Assembly: GCF_026210795.1 (NCBI RefSeq) | Contig: NC_089430.1 | Coordinates: 6,076,001 to 6,138,810, forward strand | From: Rhizophagus irregularis | Lineage: Eukaryota | Direction of reading: 5' to 3' | DNA: 62,810 nucleotides | In this document: positions 1-12,842 of the stretch, piece after piece | Position numbering within the stretch: the first letter of the stretch is position 1 | Layout: every line of letters starts with the position of its first letter | Position numbers and translations under genes: made by a program | The notes under the pieces: generated by a model | Database searches by the model: none | What the model was told of the DNA's origin: nothing | The model's input: only the letters and a program-made list of their open reading frames with translations

Positions 1-503
1 AATGTCCGTACCTGACAAGTAGTATCATCATGAGCAATTGACAACAAATATCATGGTCATATATGACAAGGAGCATCATTAACAAATATCACGGACATAA
101 ATGTCCGTACCTGACAAGGAGTATCATTATAAGCAATTGACAACAAATATCATGGTCGTATCTGACAAGGAGCATCATCAACAAATATCACAGACATAAA
201 TGTCCGTACCTGACAAGGAGTATTATCATGAGCAATTGACAACAAATATCACAGCTATATCTGACAAGGAGCATTATCAACAAATATCATGGACATAAAT
301 GTCCGTATATGACTATAAGTGAGTATAATCATATATTGTTGGATTAAATTAATTAGCATGATTTGTTTCTATGACACAGCATGACAAGTCAAAGTATATC
401 ACGGACATGGGTTAAAACCATGGGCAGACCATGAAGGATATAACCTAGACACTTGAGACATGAAATGTAAGGTTAGAACCTTTGTTGATCGGTTGAATGG
501 GTG
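1..503. mobile_element. Right end of a CACCC-terminated TIR element with ~100-bp subterminal tandem repeats (runs off the window start)
   Basis: Three ~100-bp units (aatgtccgtacctgacaag...ggacataa) at 1-~308. Terminus ggatataacctagacacttgagac...taaggttagaacctttgttgatcggttgaatgggtg (to 503) resembles the TIR at 61443-61512. Confidence 0.7.
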
Positions 504-1572
504 ATTATTGCGTCAGTCACGCAAGATCATGCTATTATTATAGTAAGAGTATATAAAAAGTATAATTAAACTGCAAATAAAAGAAAAATATCAATTATTT
601 AGCCATCAACAAAAAATATCAGTCCGTCAAAATCTGCATGATCCTATTAGACTGACCAATAAAAGTTATTAACAGTAAGTAATTTTCGATAAATATTTAT
701 TTATCGAAAGTTTTACGATCAAAATTAATTATCATAATTATCATTTTTTTTATATTAAAAAAGGAGCCTTGTCACTTTTTTTATTAAAAAATTCTGTATT
801 CTAAATAAATATAAAGCGTTGCAACATCATTCTTAATAATTTTATTAAATTAATTGTTCGATATTTTGGAAGTTTAAATATATATTTTTTCTTTTAAATA
901 TACTTTTTTTATCGAAGTACACTATTAACTTTGATAGAAACATTAACTAATAATGTTTCCCTTTCTTCCAGGATTACTAGATGGTAAAATTCGAAATTAA
1001 TTTAAAAATTCTTTAACACCAACGTATCTATTTTTTCTACTTTTATAGGTAATAAATCGTTAAATTTTAATATTTATACTTTTTTTTTGATATCGAAATT
1101 TTTTTATACGTATAAATAAATAATAGAAAAATTTTATTGGATAATGGATATACAGTCTATCGAGTAGTCTAATGGTAATTTTATAGGATCATGTGTCCCG
1201 AATCTATAAAGTATAACAGTATAGCCGATAGTATAGTTAATTTGCAACTATACTGTATAGATAATAAATTATACTGTATAGATTTTCGTCAACTATACTA
1301 TACAACATCGGAGGTATATATCATACTCAATATCGTTTGACCGGATCCTCTAAGTGGTTTCTTAACCCATTTGCCGATCCTATTTAAAAACAGTTGAAGT
1401 TTAACCTGCATATGAATCAAGAACGATACTTTTGCTCCTCAGATTTGATCATCTTTACATCATCTTTACATCATCGGCACGTGTTGATAATCATACATTA
1501 TTTATTCCTTTATGATTACTAAACTTTTTTTTTGTTTGCCTTATTATTTGTTACCTCTAAGACTGACTGAAT

Positions 1573-4500
1573 ATGTTGCGTAAAATATTGCCAAAAATAG
1601 AAATAAAAGTTCCCAGAAAGAGAAAAACTTTAGGTAGGCTTTTATTGTGTTTAGAAATATACTGCATTTCGGAATGTTAACATGCCAACCTATTTATAGG
1701 TGCTAAAGATGTCAAAATGTCGAACAGCCCATCTGAAACTAATGCTGTTTCTGGTTTGTAATTTCGTATATGGCTATTTGTACTCTTTATTGTATTCTAA
1801 TTTCTTGTATACGTCTGAAGAGCCTGCTCTTAAGAACCACTCATCTGATGAGAAACAAAACACAGCTTCAGCGGAATTCACTTCAAAACCGGCAAAAAAT
1901 AATGAATTTGTCGAAGGTGACCTCGAAGAGTTTGCAGAGAGACTGGGAATCAAAGAATTTACAGAAAATAAAGTCAAGTGGAAAAAATTTTACAGTACGT
2001 AATAAGTCTAATTCAGCTTGGTTGCATTTTTACTAATATATCCTTTGTTTAGACTTCGCTGGCTTGAACTTTGTTTGGCCTTCCGAATTGAACGCCTATG
2101 AGCATCGTGAAGTCTTTGATTACATTGTTGATCCTATTTGGGAGCCAGACGGAAAGGAACTTGCAATAAATACGATCGAGTATCGTCGTCTACTTGAATC
2201 CGGCATTCTTGATGAACCGAAAGGAACGCGAATTGTCGATCCCATTCGGGAGCCAGACGGAAAGGAACTTGCGATCGAGTGTCGTCGTCTACTTGGTTCC
2301 GGAACTCTTGATGAATCGAAAGGAACGCGAACGCACGTTTTACTTGTTCATGGGAAAGTAATTGGGTACGGAAACGAGATATCTTCAAAACAAAGCAAAG
2401 AATTACAGAAAAAGTTCCCAGGATGCTTCTACGCACCTATTGTTGAACCTTTTGTTGAGTTACGCAGATTCTATGCTGTTGCTGATAATAATACGAAAGA
2501 GTGGCAGGTTTGTATGGTTTATTAGTCCGGAGCGAAGCGAAGGACTATATACTATTCGTTTCGGTTTCACAAATGTCCCGATGTCCGCCCGCTCACTGTT
2601 TGAGTCGATATCCATACATTCGTATTGGTTCTATCGGTTATTTCGGTTAACGTCACTCTTTGTTTATTCATGTGACAAAAATAAAAATAAAAATAGAACA
2701 AAGATTTGCTTGTTTGATTACGTTATACCGTTTATTTTTATACCGTTTATTTTTTAATTAATAATTAATCAAAATTAAAATAGAATAAAATCATAAAATC
2801 ATAATTTTTTTTTTATTCAATTTTCTATTTATTTAATGTAACGAAAAAAAAAATAATATTGTTTAAACTGAACTTTATAATGACGAAACCACTTTGATTT
2901 TTTTTCGATATATCTTCTTTTTATCTGAAACAATAAAAAGTAAATAATTAAGCGCGCGTCTTGCAAATATATAATACATCCCGCGTCTTTCTAAAATAAT
3001 AAAAATAAGAAAATACCCCAACTTGTCCTCTATCGAGCTATCCTGGAGGTAAGCCTTTTTTCCTCCGCCTTCCTTTCCTGTAACCTGCTGCTATTTTTAA
3101 TACGTTGAAGTCTGTCAAACGTAAATTGTCTGAAATAAATGTCGCTAAGAGAACGAATGCGTGACGCCACTACGAATGTCAATCCTGCAGCGAACTCTTT
3201 ACTTCCAATATCTATTTTAGCCTTTGACAACGTCAGACCCTGACTTTTGTGCACGGTTATTACCCACGCTAGGCAGAGAGGAACTTGTTGTCTGGAACAT
3301 ATCGTCCCAGACTTACCTTCCCAACTTCTTTTAATGGGTACTATTGGAACAACATGGTCTCCTTCTGTCGATGTTATGGTGGGTCCTTCATACGCATCGA
3401 ACTTGACGAAAACTGCTGCTGGAAGTGATGGTGGACCTTGATTTTTGAACAGTATGTCATGAACGGTTCCGATCAATCCGTTCACTAATCCTCCTTTGGT
3501 CCACAGGTTTGCTGTGAGCATTACTCGAGCTCCTTTTGCCAATAATAACTGAGGTTCAAGTCCCTTTGCCACATCTGAACTGGCTTTTTTGGCTTCGTTT
3601 CCGCCGGTATGAACTGCCATAATCTTGGCCACAGGTCGCTTCAAAGATCTGAGCTTCTCTATATTGATTTTGTCAACATCATTCCACGTTGTTAATAAGA
3701 ATACAACATCTGAAAATCTTTCACATTCCTGCTGATTTAGATTCTCTTCGAACCGTGTACTGAGTATCTTCCAATCGTCAAGGCTGCTTTCCCCATCACG
3801 CATCCTTAGAAGTATGTCACGGAATTCTTTTTGTTCGTTTGAATTACCTGTTTGCCTTAGAATTACGTTGATCTTGAATACTTCTCTTATATGTTTATAT
3901 GCAGCTATACCTTTATTAGAATTTCCGTCTACACTTGTGTTCTTGGAGAACATAGGAACGTCAAGTACTGGCGGTAATTGATCAAAATCGCCAAGTAATA
4001 TGATGGATCTTCCTCCGAAGGGCTCTTTGGAATTTTTGGGAAAAGCCTGTCTTAATCTCATGTCTATTACCGCGAGCATTCGACGTCCGACCATGCTTTT
4101 CTCGTCAATTATTAGATAAATTACTTTTTTTAACCTTTCTTGTAATTGTTTCAGTCGCCTGCTATCAAGTTTGAGGTTTTTTGGGTTGCGTATTGGTATG
4201 GAAAGCGTTGAGTGTATCATTGATCCATTTATATTAAAGGCTGCTATACCCGTAGGTGCGATAACCAGAACCGGAGAATCAGTGTTGGTTCCTGCCATTT
4301 CGTGAAGTTTCTGCCGTATCGTCTTGATAAGATACGACTTTCCCGTACCAGCGGTTCCCATTATCATAATCCTTAACGCTTTGACCTTCTTCCCGTTGAG
4401 AATATCATTGTAATGTGATTCTATTCGTGTGAAGATTTTTTTTTGATTTTCGTTTAACTTCCAGTAATCTATTGAATCAATATCAACTTCTCTTCCGTCT

Positions 4501-7500
4501 AATATCCCAGAATTCAAGGCGTTCTAAATGAATTCGTCAACATTAGCAATATCGTTATTGGAGTAGTTTTGTTGTGCGTCAGTTATCCAATCGTGATTCT
4601 GATCCATATCACGAGAACCAAGGTCAGATGCGCAATGTATGATCGCTTTGGGTCCCATCTCCGCGAGCCGCATCCAGTCGTATCTATATTGTTCCTCATC
4701 CTCATCTTCGTCCTCTTCGAACGGTAGTTCGTCTTCACTATCTTCATCATAAACCTCTTCTTCGTCAACAGGTTGTCCGAGCAAGTCCTGTGGTGCATCG
4801 TTTATCGTATCTATATGTTGATCGTATAAGGTAGACCAATTGATATTGCCGTTTTCTGTAAGTACTTGCGTTTTGCGATGTCGGACGTGGAGTAGAACTT
4901 TTACTCTGCAATAAGCCTTCCATTGATCTCCGTTACGATAAGATGATGGATGAGGCCAGACGCGAACTATGTTTTCTTTCTTACACTTTTTCCATTGACC
5001 CCTGGAAAACCTATGCGTAAGGTATAATTCAAATAACGAATAATCTTCTAATTCTTCTGGTCGTTTCCAATATCTTTTTAAAGCTGATTGAGTTGTATGT
5101 CCAGTGTCTTCTACATTATCTCCACTACCTGTTCCTTGGATCCACCTTAATCCTTTCTCGTTAACATTTAAAGATACAAAGGAATGACTTGAATGATATA
5201 GTGCAGTTCCATTAAGGAGGTGACAGGTTTCCTGAGCTGATATGTCACGTTCCGACACGCTGTTGAGTAGGAGTTTCTGAATTGGAGAAAGTGAAGAATT
5301 GTCAGGATTGCTGTTGTCAAGAATTTGCTTGAAGATCTCAGAGAATGCCAGTGAACTTGGTTCCGCTTTACTGGCATATTTTGATATATATTGGAGCGCT
5401 GCGTGAATGCTAAGAATAGGCTTTAAATCCATATTTGCTCTCCATCCCTGTAGCTGTATTCTGTTATGTGGATTAATGTAAGGATCGTTTCTTGCCGTAA
5501 GTAATTCTGGCTGCCCGTTTTTATCATCACGTATTAATGTGCTTCTGATGTGTTCCTTAGGGTACCCAAATCTACATGTTTGCACTCCTTCACAATTTGT
5601 GCGTATGCAGTACGATGGGCTGCATCTCGTGTGATGCTGAAGTTTGTTGATTAATTCGATATAATCTTGTAAGCCATCATCGATTTCGCTGCTATCTTTT
5701 TGGCATGGGTGCTTCTCAGGTACGGGTGCATGTATTGCTGGATTTATTGTGGTGACTATAGAATCGATGTAATCAATTACGTTCTTCATCTCTTCTTCGT
5801 TGTTTTTTAAATTCTTCCATTCAATAGTGGGTGCGTTGCGTTTCTTTCCAATACCGTGCATGTGGATGCTCCCTCTGTGCTGCCATTCATACCGAAACCA
5901 CCAGTCCTCGAGGTTCCATTTTTCCTTAAGCACATTATTAAAAAAACTTTCGAATCTTTTGGTAAAGAACCAAGCCGCGATATGAGGGTTATTGATGACT
6001 TTTGATTGAGCGTCTCCGTCGTCTGGCATGAGTCGATGAAGGTTAGGCCAGTGAAAGTCTGCTGTGCTGAATGTATAAAATATTAGACCTTTGTGTCCTA
6101 TTTGCTTTATCATGTCTGTAAGTTCACCACGTTTTGCTATCCAAAATTGCCTTGTCCCTCTTAGCCCTTCCCCGTATCTCATTATTCTGTCTGCTAATTG
6201 TTGATTTCCATTGGATATCATCTCTAGAATGTCAGACACGTCAAGCTGTTTTTCGCTTAAATTCTGTCGGACATATACCTTTCCTTCTTGCAAATCTCTC
6301 CATCGCATCGTAGAATTTAATGTAAAGTACCTCCATCTCGAGTGACGTCCAAATCGTCCATCTTTGAACCAGAGTAAGTGTTTAAAATACTCTGCTGGCT
6401 TGATATCTCATGGACGATTAGATCTGAGATCACCTTTTCCATATGGATATAGAGTCGGAAATGCCCTCGCAATATACCCTAGTGTTTGGAATTCGTTTAT
6501 TGGACTTCCGTCAATCTCAGGCCACAATACTGGTTGCTCGTTGCTTTGTATGCGATCAAGTGTATCGTTAATAATGGCATTTTCTCTTTGCGTTGAAGGT
6601 AAGGCAGGCACAAACGAATGAGTTATTGCGTCGCTCTCGTCGTGTCCATTTTCATTTTTGTTTTCGTTTGAAATATCATCCATCTCATCAATTATTTGGT
6701 CAGATCTTATCTGATGTATCTGATTAATGATAGAACCGTTTTGAGGTAATGATTTAAGTATTTCATCGTCAATGATTATATCTTCGTAATAAGGGTTATT
6801 TGCTTTTAACCAATATAGCGCTTTTGCTATTTTTTCGTGGCGTACGGTGAAATCTCTAAATCCTGATGTGTTGTTGGCTGATTCTCGTCACACTACTAGA
6901 ACGTCTAATGATGAAGGATTTCGTGGAAGGTGCCTTGTGAACTCCCGAACGTCTTGCGGAAAATTAATCACATTGCCTTTGTAGCTGTTTTGTCCACCTT
7001 GTAATCGATATACTGACATTACCATAAAAACCTGCGCAATGAGCATCTCTTCGATGTCGGTAAGTCCCTGAAGTTCATCAGGAACCTCGCCTGGATCCAT
7101 GTTATTATCCGCAGAAAATTTTTTTGGTGTCTTTTTGTCGTTGTGGTAATGACGACACTCGCCCATGATGAGAGTCATATTGGAAATCCGTTCGTTACAT
7201 TCGGGGCAAGTATTATACTGTATGTTATCCATTTTGTTACAAAATTTCTGCAATACTTTGTGATCGTTCTCGCTAATTTTAGTAGACGATGTTGACCTGA
7301 CATGCATGTTTCTATTATCAGGCTTTCTTTGAATATGTTCATTATCATTTGATTCGTTTATTTGCTGATCTTGCAGTTGATTCTTATTATGAGCTCTCAA
7401 CACGCGTTTACGATTACTTTCATGTGCTAAGCAAATAACATGTTCATCGTCCCTCTCCATTTCTTTTTTATTATTTCTTCTTTTGCGAAGGCTTTCTAGA

Positions 7501-8919
7501 CGTTTATTACGTTTATTTTCACTTTCTTTCACTCACTTTTGACGTTTTCTTTCACTTTCTCGATTTAGTCGAGCTTGCCTTTGTTCCGGCATCTCCTGTG
7601 CTTTAGCTTTTCGCTTTCGAATCGTTTCGGGATTAACATTTTCATATGTATTGTCAGACATTTCTCAAAATATTTGATCTTTATAATCAAAACTACCATT
7701 TCTTAAAAAAAAAATCTGATCTTTATATTTTTGTAGAATTTTACTTTATAAGCTCTGCAATCTGTCAATAACAATCCATCCGTGCGCCATTGAGAAAATG
7801 ACTGTCAAGAACAATCCATCCGTGCGGCATTGAGAAAATGATCAATGTTATAGCTAAATCGAGAATAATTAGTTTAAATGATGTACACACTTTATTGTTA
7901 TTCTTTATTGTTATTCTTTACATTGTTATTCTTTACATTGTTATTAGGTAATTTATTACATATAAAAAAACATTTACATTGAAGACATTTTGATCTTATA
8001 TTTTTCGCTTTATTTGATAGTGATTTGAATTGAATTAATATTACAAACGTTAAATTTTAATTATTATGACTTTTTTTTCGAATACTTATAACCGTTAAAT
8101 AAATTTTTGATTTTGTAAATTTCGTGGCTTATCACCATATTACATTTGTACGAAATATGGTTATTCATGGCTTATAATATGAACCTCGTGGCTAATTTAT
8201 TAACGTATTACATAAATAATAAATTTGACTAGCTATTGTGTTATATTCGTTAACTACCTTCCTCCCGTGATTGCTTCAATCAAATTTATCCGTGTTTAGT
8301 TAAATTTACCCATGTTTAATTAAGTCGCTTTTCGCTCTAGACTCCCAACGGTTCCCGTTCCCTAGTTTAATTCATGATAATAAGGTTATTGACAGGTATA
8401 ATTCGATACCTTGTGAAACTTTATAATGAATGATATCTGTCAATGCCTAATAATGGGAATGGTGTTACAAAATTTTAGACGCACATTAGCCTTCGAAATG
8501 TTGATAATCTTAGTGATGTAGTAACAATGTCAAACACTGAACAAAATTTTCGAATGGTAATCGATACTGGAGCAAGCGTGACTATAATTCCATTTTTTTT
8601 AAGACAACAATTGGCGGATTATTGTGATGGTTGGGAAAGATTTACTGTTCGAGCTAGTGGATATGGAAATGGTGTAAAAATCACTCCGGCTTCAAAAAAT
8701 TGGGATGTACACCTAGGTGATGGGAGAAATTGGTCCCGATGGCACAGCACCAAAGAAATTTATTCTTGGCTAAACAATCCTCCATCTTATATCAATTGCG
8801 GATTAATTGGTTACGATGTTCTCAACAATATACCTCATTATAAACCTTGTAGGGTGCCTTATGTCTTTCTCAGGGATGACGTTTTCAAACAAATTCAACA
8901 GTTGCAAGATGTCATATGA
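1573..8919 (+). CDS. Five-exon gene with C-terminal clan AA (retropepsin-like) aspartic protease domain; exons 1573-1633, 1700-1753, 1821-1994, 2053-2507, 8479-8919
   Basis: All four introns are GT..AG with matching phases (1,1,1,0), checked by hand. The last exon has VIDTGASVTII and a later GLIGYDVL motif. Intron 4 contains the Helentron. Confidence 0.7.
2521..8365. mobile_element. Helentron/Helitron2-type rolling-circle transposon
   Basis: Left hairpin TAGTCC-n13-GGACTA (2523-2547). Asymmetric inverted repeat agtccggagcgaagcga (2524-2540) versus tcgcttttcgctctagact (8325-8343). Right hairpin AACGG-ttc-CCGTT (8347-8359), then CTAG and TTT. T-rich flanks, no TSD, RepHel inside. Confidence 0.85.
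3030..7661 (-). pseudogene. RepHel transposase (HUH Rep + PIF1 helicase), broken by stops and frameshifts
   Basis: Rep motifs EWQHRGSIHMHG and YISKYASK. PIF1 motifs GTAGTGKS, IIDEKSM, GDFDQLPPV, TVHKSQGLT. N-terminal VPDELQGLTDIEEMLIA region. Split across ORFs 6888-7532, 6408-6683, 4524-6308, 3030-4517. Confidence 0.92.
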
Positions 8920-9528
8920 ATATTTTTTTCTTAAAAACGGGAATTACTAGACTGGATTTTATCTCGTTTGTTATTTTTTTTATATGAATAGTTGTGTATT
9001 AAAATTAATATTCAAGACCCATACATGTAATTTTCTAATCAGTTTATGCTACCATGTGTATCTATTGAAAAAATAAAAAATAGTATCTGCAGTATATATG
9101 TAATAATTAAAGTTTTATGTTTATTCAATGAGATCCAATTCTCGAAGATGCTCTGGAATAATTATATATGGGTCTTCGTAATACCAAACAGAGGATCCTT
9201 AACGTACATTGAGGGTGTACAATAATTAACGTACACCTCAGGAAAGTGTACGATAATAACATACACCCTCAGTTTTTGGTGTGTACAATAACTAAATGTA
9301 CAATTATATGCTTTATTTCTAAAAATAGCTGTAATATTATGTAAAATATAAATACTTAACGTACTTAACGGCAAAATGACTTTATTAAACTTTTTTTTAA
9401 AAAAAAAACTTATATTTTTTCAAAAAAAAGAAAATTTCAAAAAAATTTTTATCAAATATTTTATTCACTGTTAATATTTCCAAATTCACTCAGCGTTCTA
9501 TCTATTAAAAATCTCTGCACATAACCCT

Positions 9529-11450
9529 TTACATTTCTTGATTCTCATCATTATGAACATATTCCCCAAATCTCACACTCTCTAACATAATTTCACCACT
9601 TTTTCAGCTGTTATGTCTTTATCTTCTTGAATAAATCTAACTGCTGCTTCAGGAATAAGAACTTCTTGCAAATATTCCATTGGTGTTTGTGGTATTGTTA
9701 GAGATTTTGTTAAAATTTTAGTATCAATAAATAGCTTTCTTAAAGTTTCTGCAATTACAATAGCATCACGGGGACCATAATAACCAGGCTAATTTTAAGA
9801 TAATTATAAAAGAAACTTGATTATTTATTATTTATGTATATATATGATATATCATATTGATATAATAAAAAAATTCACCTGAAAACTTTCAATTCGGCTC
9901 ATAAGACTCATAGGTGAATTAATTTTGTTTTTTCCTTTATCACAATATTCTCTCATAAAATTATCACGATAGAAGCTTTTGACTTTCTTTTTACAAATAT
10001 CCAATAGATCAGTACTGAAATTTTCAATTCTTTTAGGAATAGAATTGAAATCTATCACTGTTGGATAACCTTTTTTAATACCATCTGGAATGATTTGCAT
10101 TTCTCCTATATGAGCATGACAAAATTCAAATTGCTCTACGGCTTTTAACCTTTTTCCTTGAAAATTCATAAATAAATCCTTTAACTTATTGGGCAAAGGA
10201 GATGGTAACTTTTCATCACAATAAGGACATATTTCAGGTATCTTTATAATAAAATTTTGAGTTTTGTTAAATAAATTATAACACCAACTGATTTTTATAA
10301 ATAATCAAAAGAAAGTGGAATTATAATTACTTACTGTAATAGAGTTAATATTTTCATCATTGCTACTTGAGTTTCCCTTATTACCGATCTGAAATAGATA
10401 AAAAAATTATCATAACTATTTATTGCATAAAAAATATTTATAATGAATTTCTTACCATAATATTTTCTTTGTTTCCATTAGAATCTTTCTCCTATGTATT
10501 ATTAACAAGAAATTATTTTTTTATAGTTTTGAAAATAAAGAATGAATGTATAAAATCTTTACCTTTAGTTTTTTTGATTTTTTTCTTTGAGAATTAATTT
10601 CTATACCAGATTTTTTCCTTTTATTTGAATGTACGCCACCTTTTGGCTTTACATTTTGTAGTATCTTTATTATGTCATTATTATTAATAATTTGACCATT
10701 ACAATTCTCAATTGTTGCCGCAATTTGTGCATTTAATAATAATGTTATAGTCATCAAAAATTATAGCTGTCTCTGGTTTTTGATTAACAAATCGTTGTAA
10801 TTTCCAAATTGTACGATTAAGTTTATATTTATAATCCTGTTCTAGCTGTGGCTGTTTCATTATTAATTGATCTTGCAAATCATGCAAAGGTTTATGTTTG
10901 TAAAATGATTGGTAAATTTGTATCATTTCGGATTCATTAGGATCTTTACACCAGCATGAAGGATACATCTTTTTAGAAAATGAATCAATATTTAATTGTG
11001 TAGCAACACGAAGAATGTGATGACAAATTATTCCAGAAAAAGCCATATATCCACATGTACACGTAAAAATTTCATTATTCAAACTGTATTCTACTACTCT
11101 TCCATTACTTGAAGATCCAAATCTTGTAATAAGAAATATTTGAAGACTTTGATTTATGCTATTAAATCTATTAAATAGAAAGTAAAATTAATAATATTTA
11201 TTATAAATAATTCTGATGAAAATTTATACTTACATATTAGATTGAATGAAAAATTCACTATAATAATAAAATAATTGTTAAATAAAAAAAAATCCAATTT
11301 TTATATAATAAAAAAAAAGAATTATTTACCTATCAGGAGGAATTTCTTCACATTTATAGCAAGAAGATTGTAACAATTGCTCTTGAAATTTTTTTAAAGC
11401 ATAAATAGTAAGAATAGTAGCAGCTTGTTTTTCAAATAGGCTGGGTGTTT
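9529..11450 (-). pseudogene. 5'-truncated MULE/FAR1-type SWIM zinc-finger gene followed by an RTC4-like domain
   Basis: LFEKQAATILTIYALKKFQEQL (FAR1/MULE-like) and SWIM CTCGYMAFSGIICHH. Downstream exons give QFEFCHAH...GYPTVIDF, GYYGPRD and YLQEVLIPEAAVRFIQED (RTC4-like). The frame stops at the 11450/11451 junction. Confidence 0.65.
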
Positions 11451-11517
11451 AGTAGATAGATTAAGTAGACATCACTATATATATAGTGATGTGAGATGTC
11501 TACTTAATCTATCTACT
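11451..11517. repeat. Nested terminal palindrome
   Basis: AGTAGATAGATTAAGTAGACATC (11451-11473) and its exact reverse complement (11495-11517), with an inner ATCACTATATATATAGTGAT palindrome. A further partial inverted copy lies at ~11524-11540. Confidence 0.95.
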
Positions 11518-12176
11518 TGCACCATAGTGATGCCTACTTATAGATATTGATGCATACTTACTTATTTTTACGTGTCTATGCCCCTTCTGATGCTTTATTG
11601 CTATCCATCTGTTTTCACTGGTCTGTGACTGATTGGTCGCTAAGCAGGGCAGAGGTTTGTTTTTCCATCCTGAAGCCTTTTAACAATTGTATAGGAGTAA
11701 AGTTAGTTTTTTCACTCTTTGACCCTTGGGGTTGCCATATTTGAGGTCGAGGGTGTGGCCCATTTGCTGGCCTTTTAAGTTGCTGAAATGGTGTAAAAAA
11801 ATCATCGGGTGGCGCAGTAAATTTGCAGTTCAGATTTTGGCCAGCTTTATACCATAATTTTGGCCGATCTTTGGAAATTAGCGTCCTGGTAGCGTCCTGG
11901 TAGTATCCTGGAGCTGTCATGGAACTGGCTGGGAACCTGAGTATTTCTATTAGTTTGCCAGTTTCAGGCCAGCTTGGATGCCGAATTTGTACTACGCCTT
12001 ACTGCGCCAGTTACGTGATCCTGTTACAGCACCAAACACCCTTTCATAGTTACAGGCTAGTGACGCAAACATTTCCAGAACATTTCTGGCTTGGATAGCG
12101 AGCTCTTCCCCGTTACCTTCCCGTCACATTCAAGGTGGTGGTTGGTTGAAGGTTTGAAGATGCCCATTTGATTACT

Positions 12177-12342
12177 GGATGAGGCACGAAGTGCCGAGTT
12201 GGTGACCCAGATGTGTAATCCCGCCTTTTATGATCCTTTTGATTGCCGGATGAGACACGAAGTGCCGAGTTGGTGACCCAGATGCGCAATCCTGCCTTCT
12301 ATAACCCTTTTGATTGCCAAGGATGAGGCTCGAAGTGCCGAA
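12177..12342. repeat. ~71-bp tandem repeat (2.3 copies) carrying GGCAC-GAA-GTGCC hairpins
   Basis: ggatgaggcacgaagtgccgagttggtgacccagatg... recurs at ~12177, ~12248 and ~12321. Confidence 0.9.
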
Positions 12343-12842
12343 TTAGTTCAGGCTATACAGCTTTCATATCTTTTTTCATGTATTCTCCTGAACCTTTCTG
12401 CTTTTCTGACCTCTTTTCTACCTATCGCCGGTAGTATCCCAAGTTGTAATTTCTTATTTTCTTTCTATATATTATTCTAACTTGGGTTACTACCAATTTT
12501 ATATCTTATTTTTCGCTCCTGTCTTTTTAGAACTCTTTCCCGTATAGTTGCTATGAAGGAATACTTTTGGGTAATACTGCATCGATTGTTTTTGGGTATT
12601 ACTTTTGGGTACTACCACATCGGTACTACTGCATTATTGTTGAATTCGATCACATATATTTTTTATTTTGAAGATTTACAAGTTTCTATGTAATTTTATA
12701 CTAGTTTCTTACATATACTACCATGCTACTTGCGCAAAAAAAAGCCCAGGCCTCGCCCCCTTGTTTGTTCTGAATAAATTAGTCCGGAGCTGATGATCAC
12801 TACCGCAAATTTCTGCATATATTATTCTATTGTGCCTATAAA

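Noticed and set aside
9191..9365. Possible MULE terminal repeat (gaggatcc, repeated taacgtac/gtgtacaataa)
   Set aside because: No matching inverted end or TSD in the window.
12177..12342. Hammerhead ribozyme-like GATGA-stem-GA pattern
   Set aside because: The core reads (T/C/A)GGATGA and GAGT/GAAT rather than CTGANGA and GAAA, and no stems I/III are evident.
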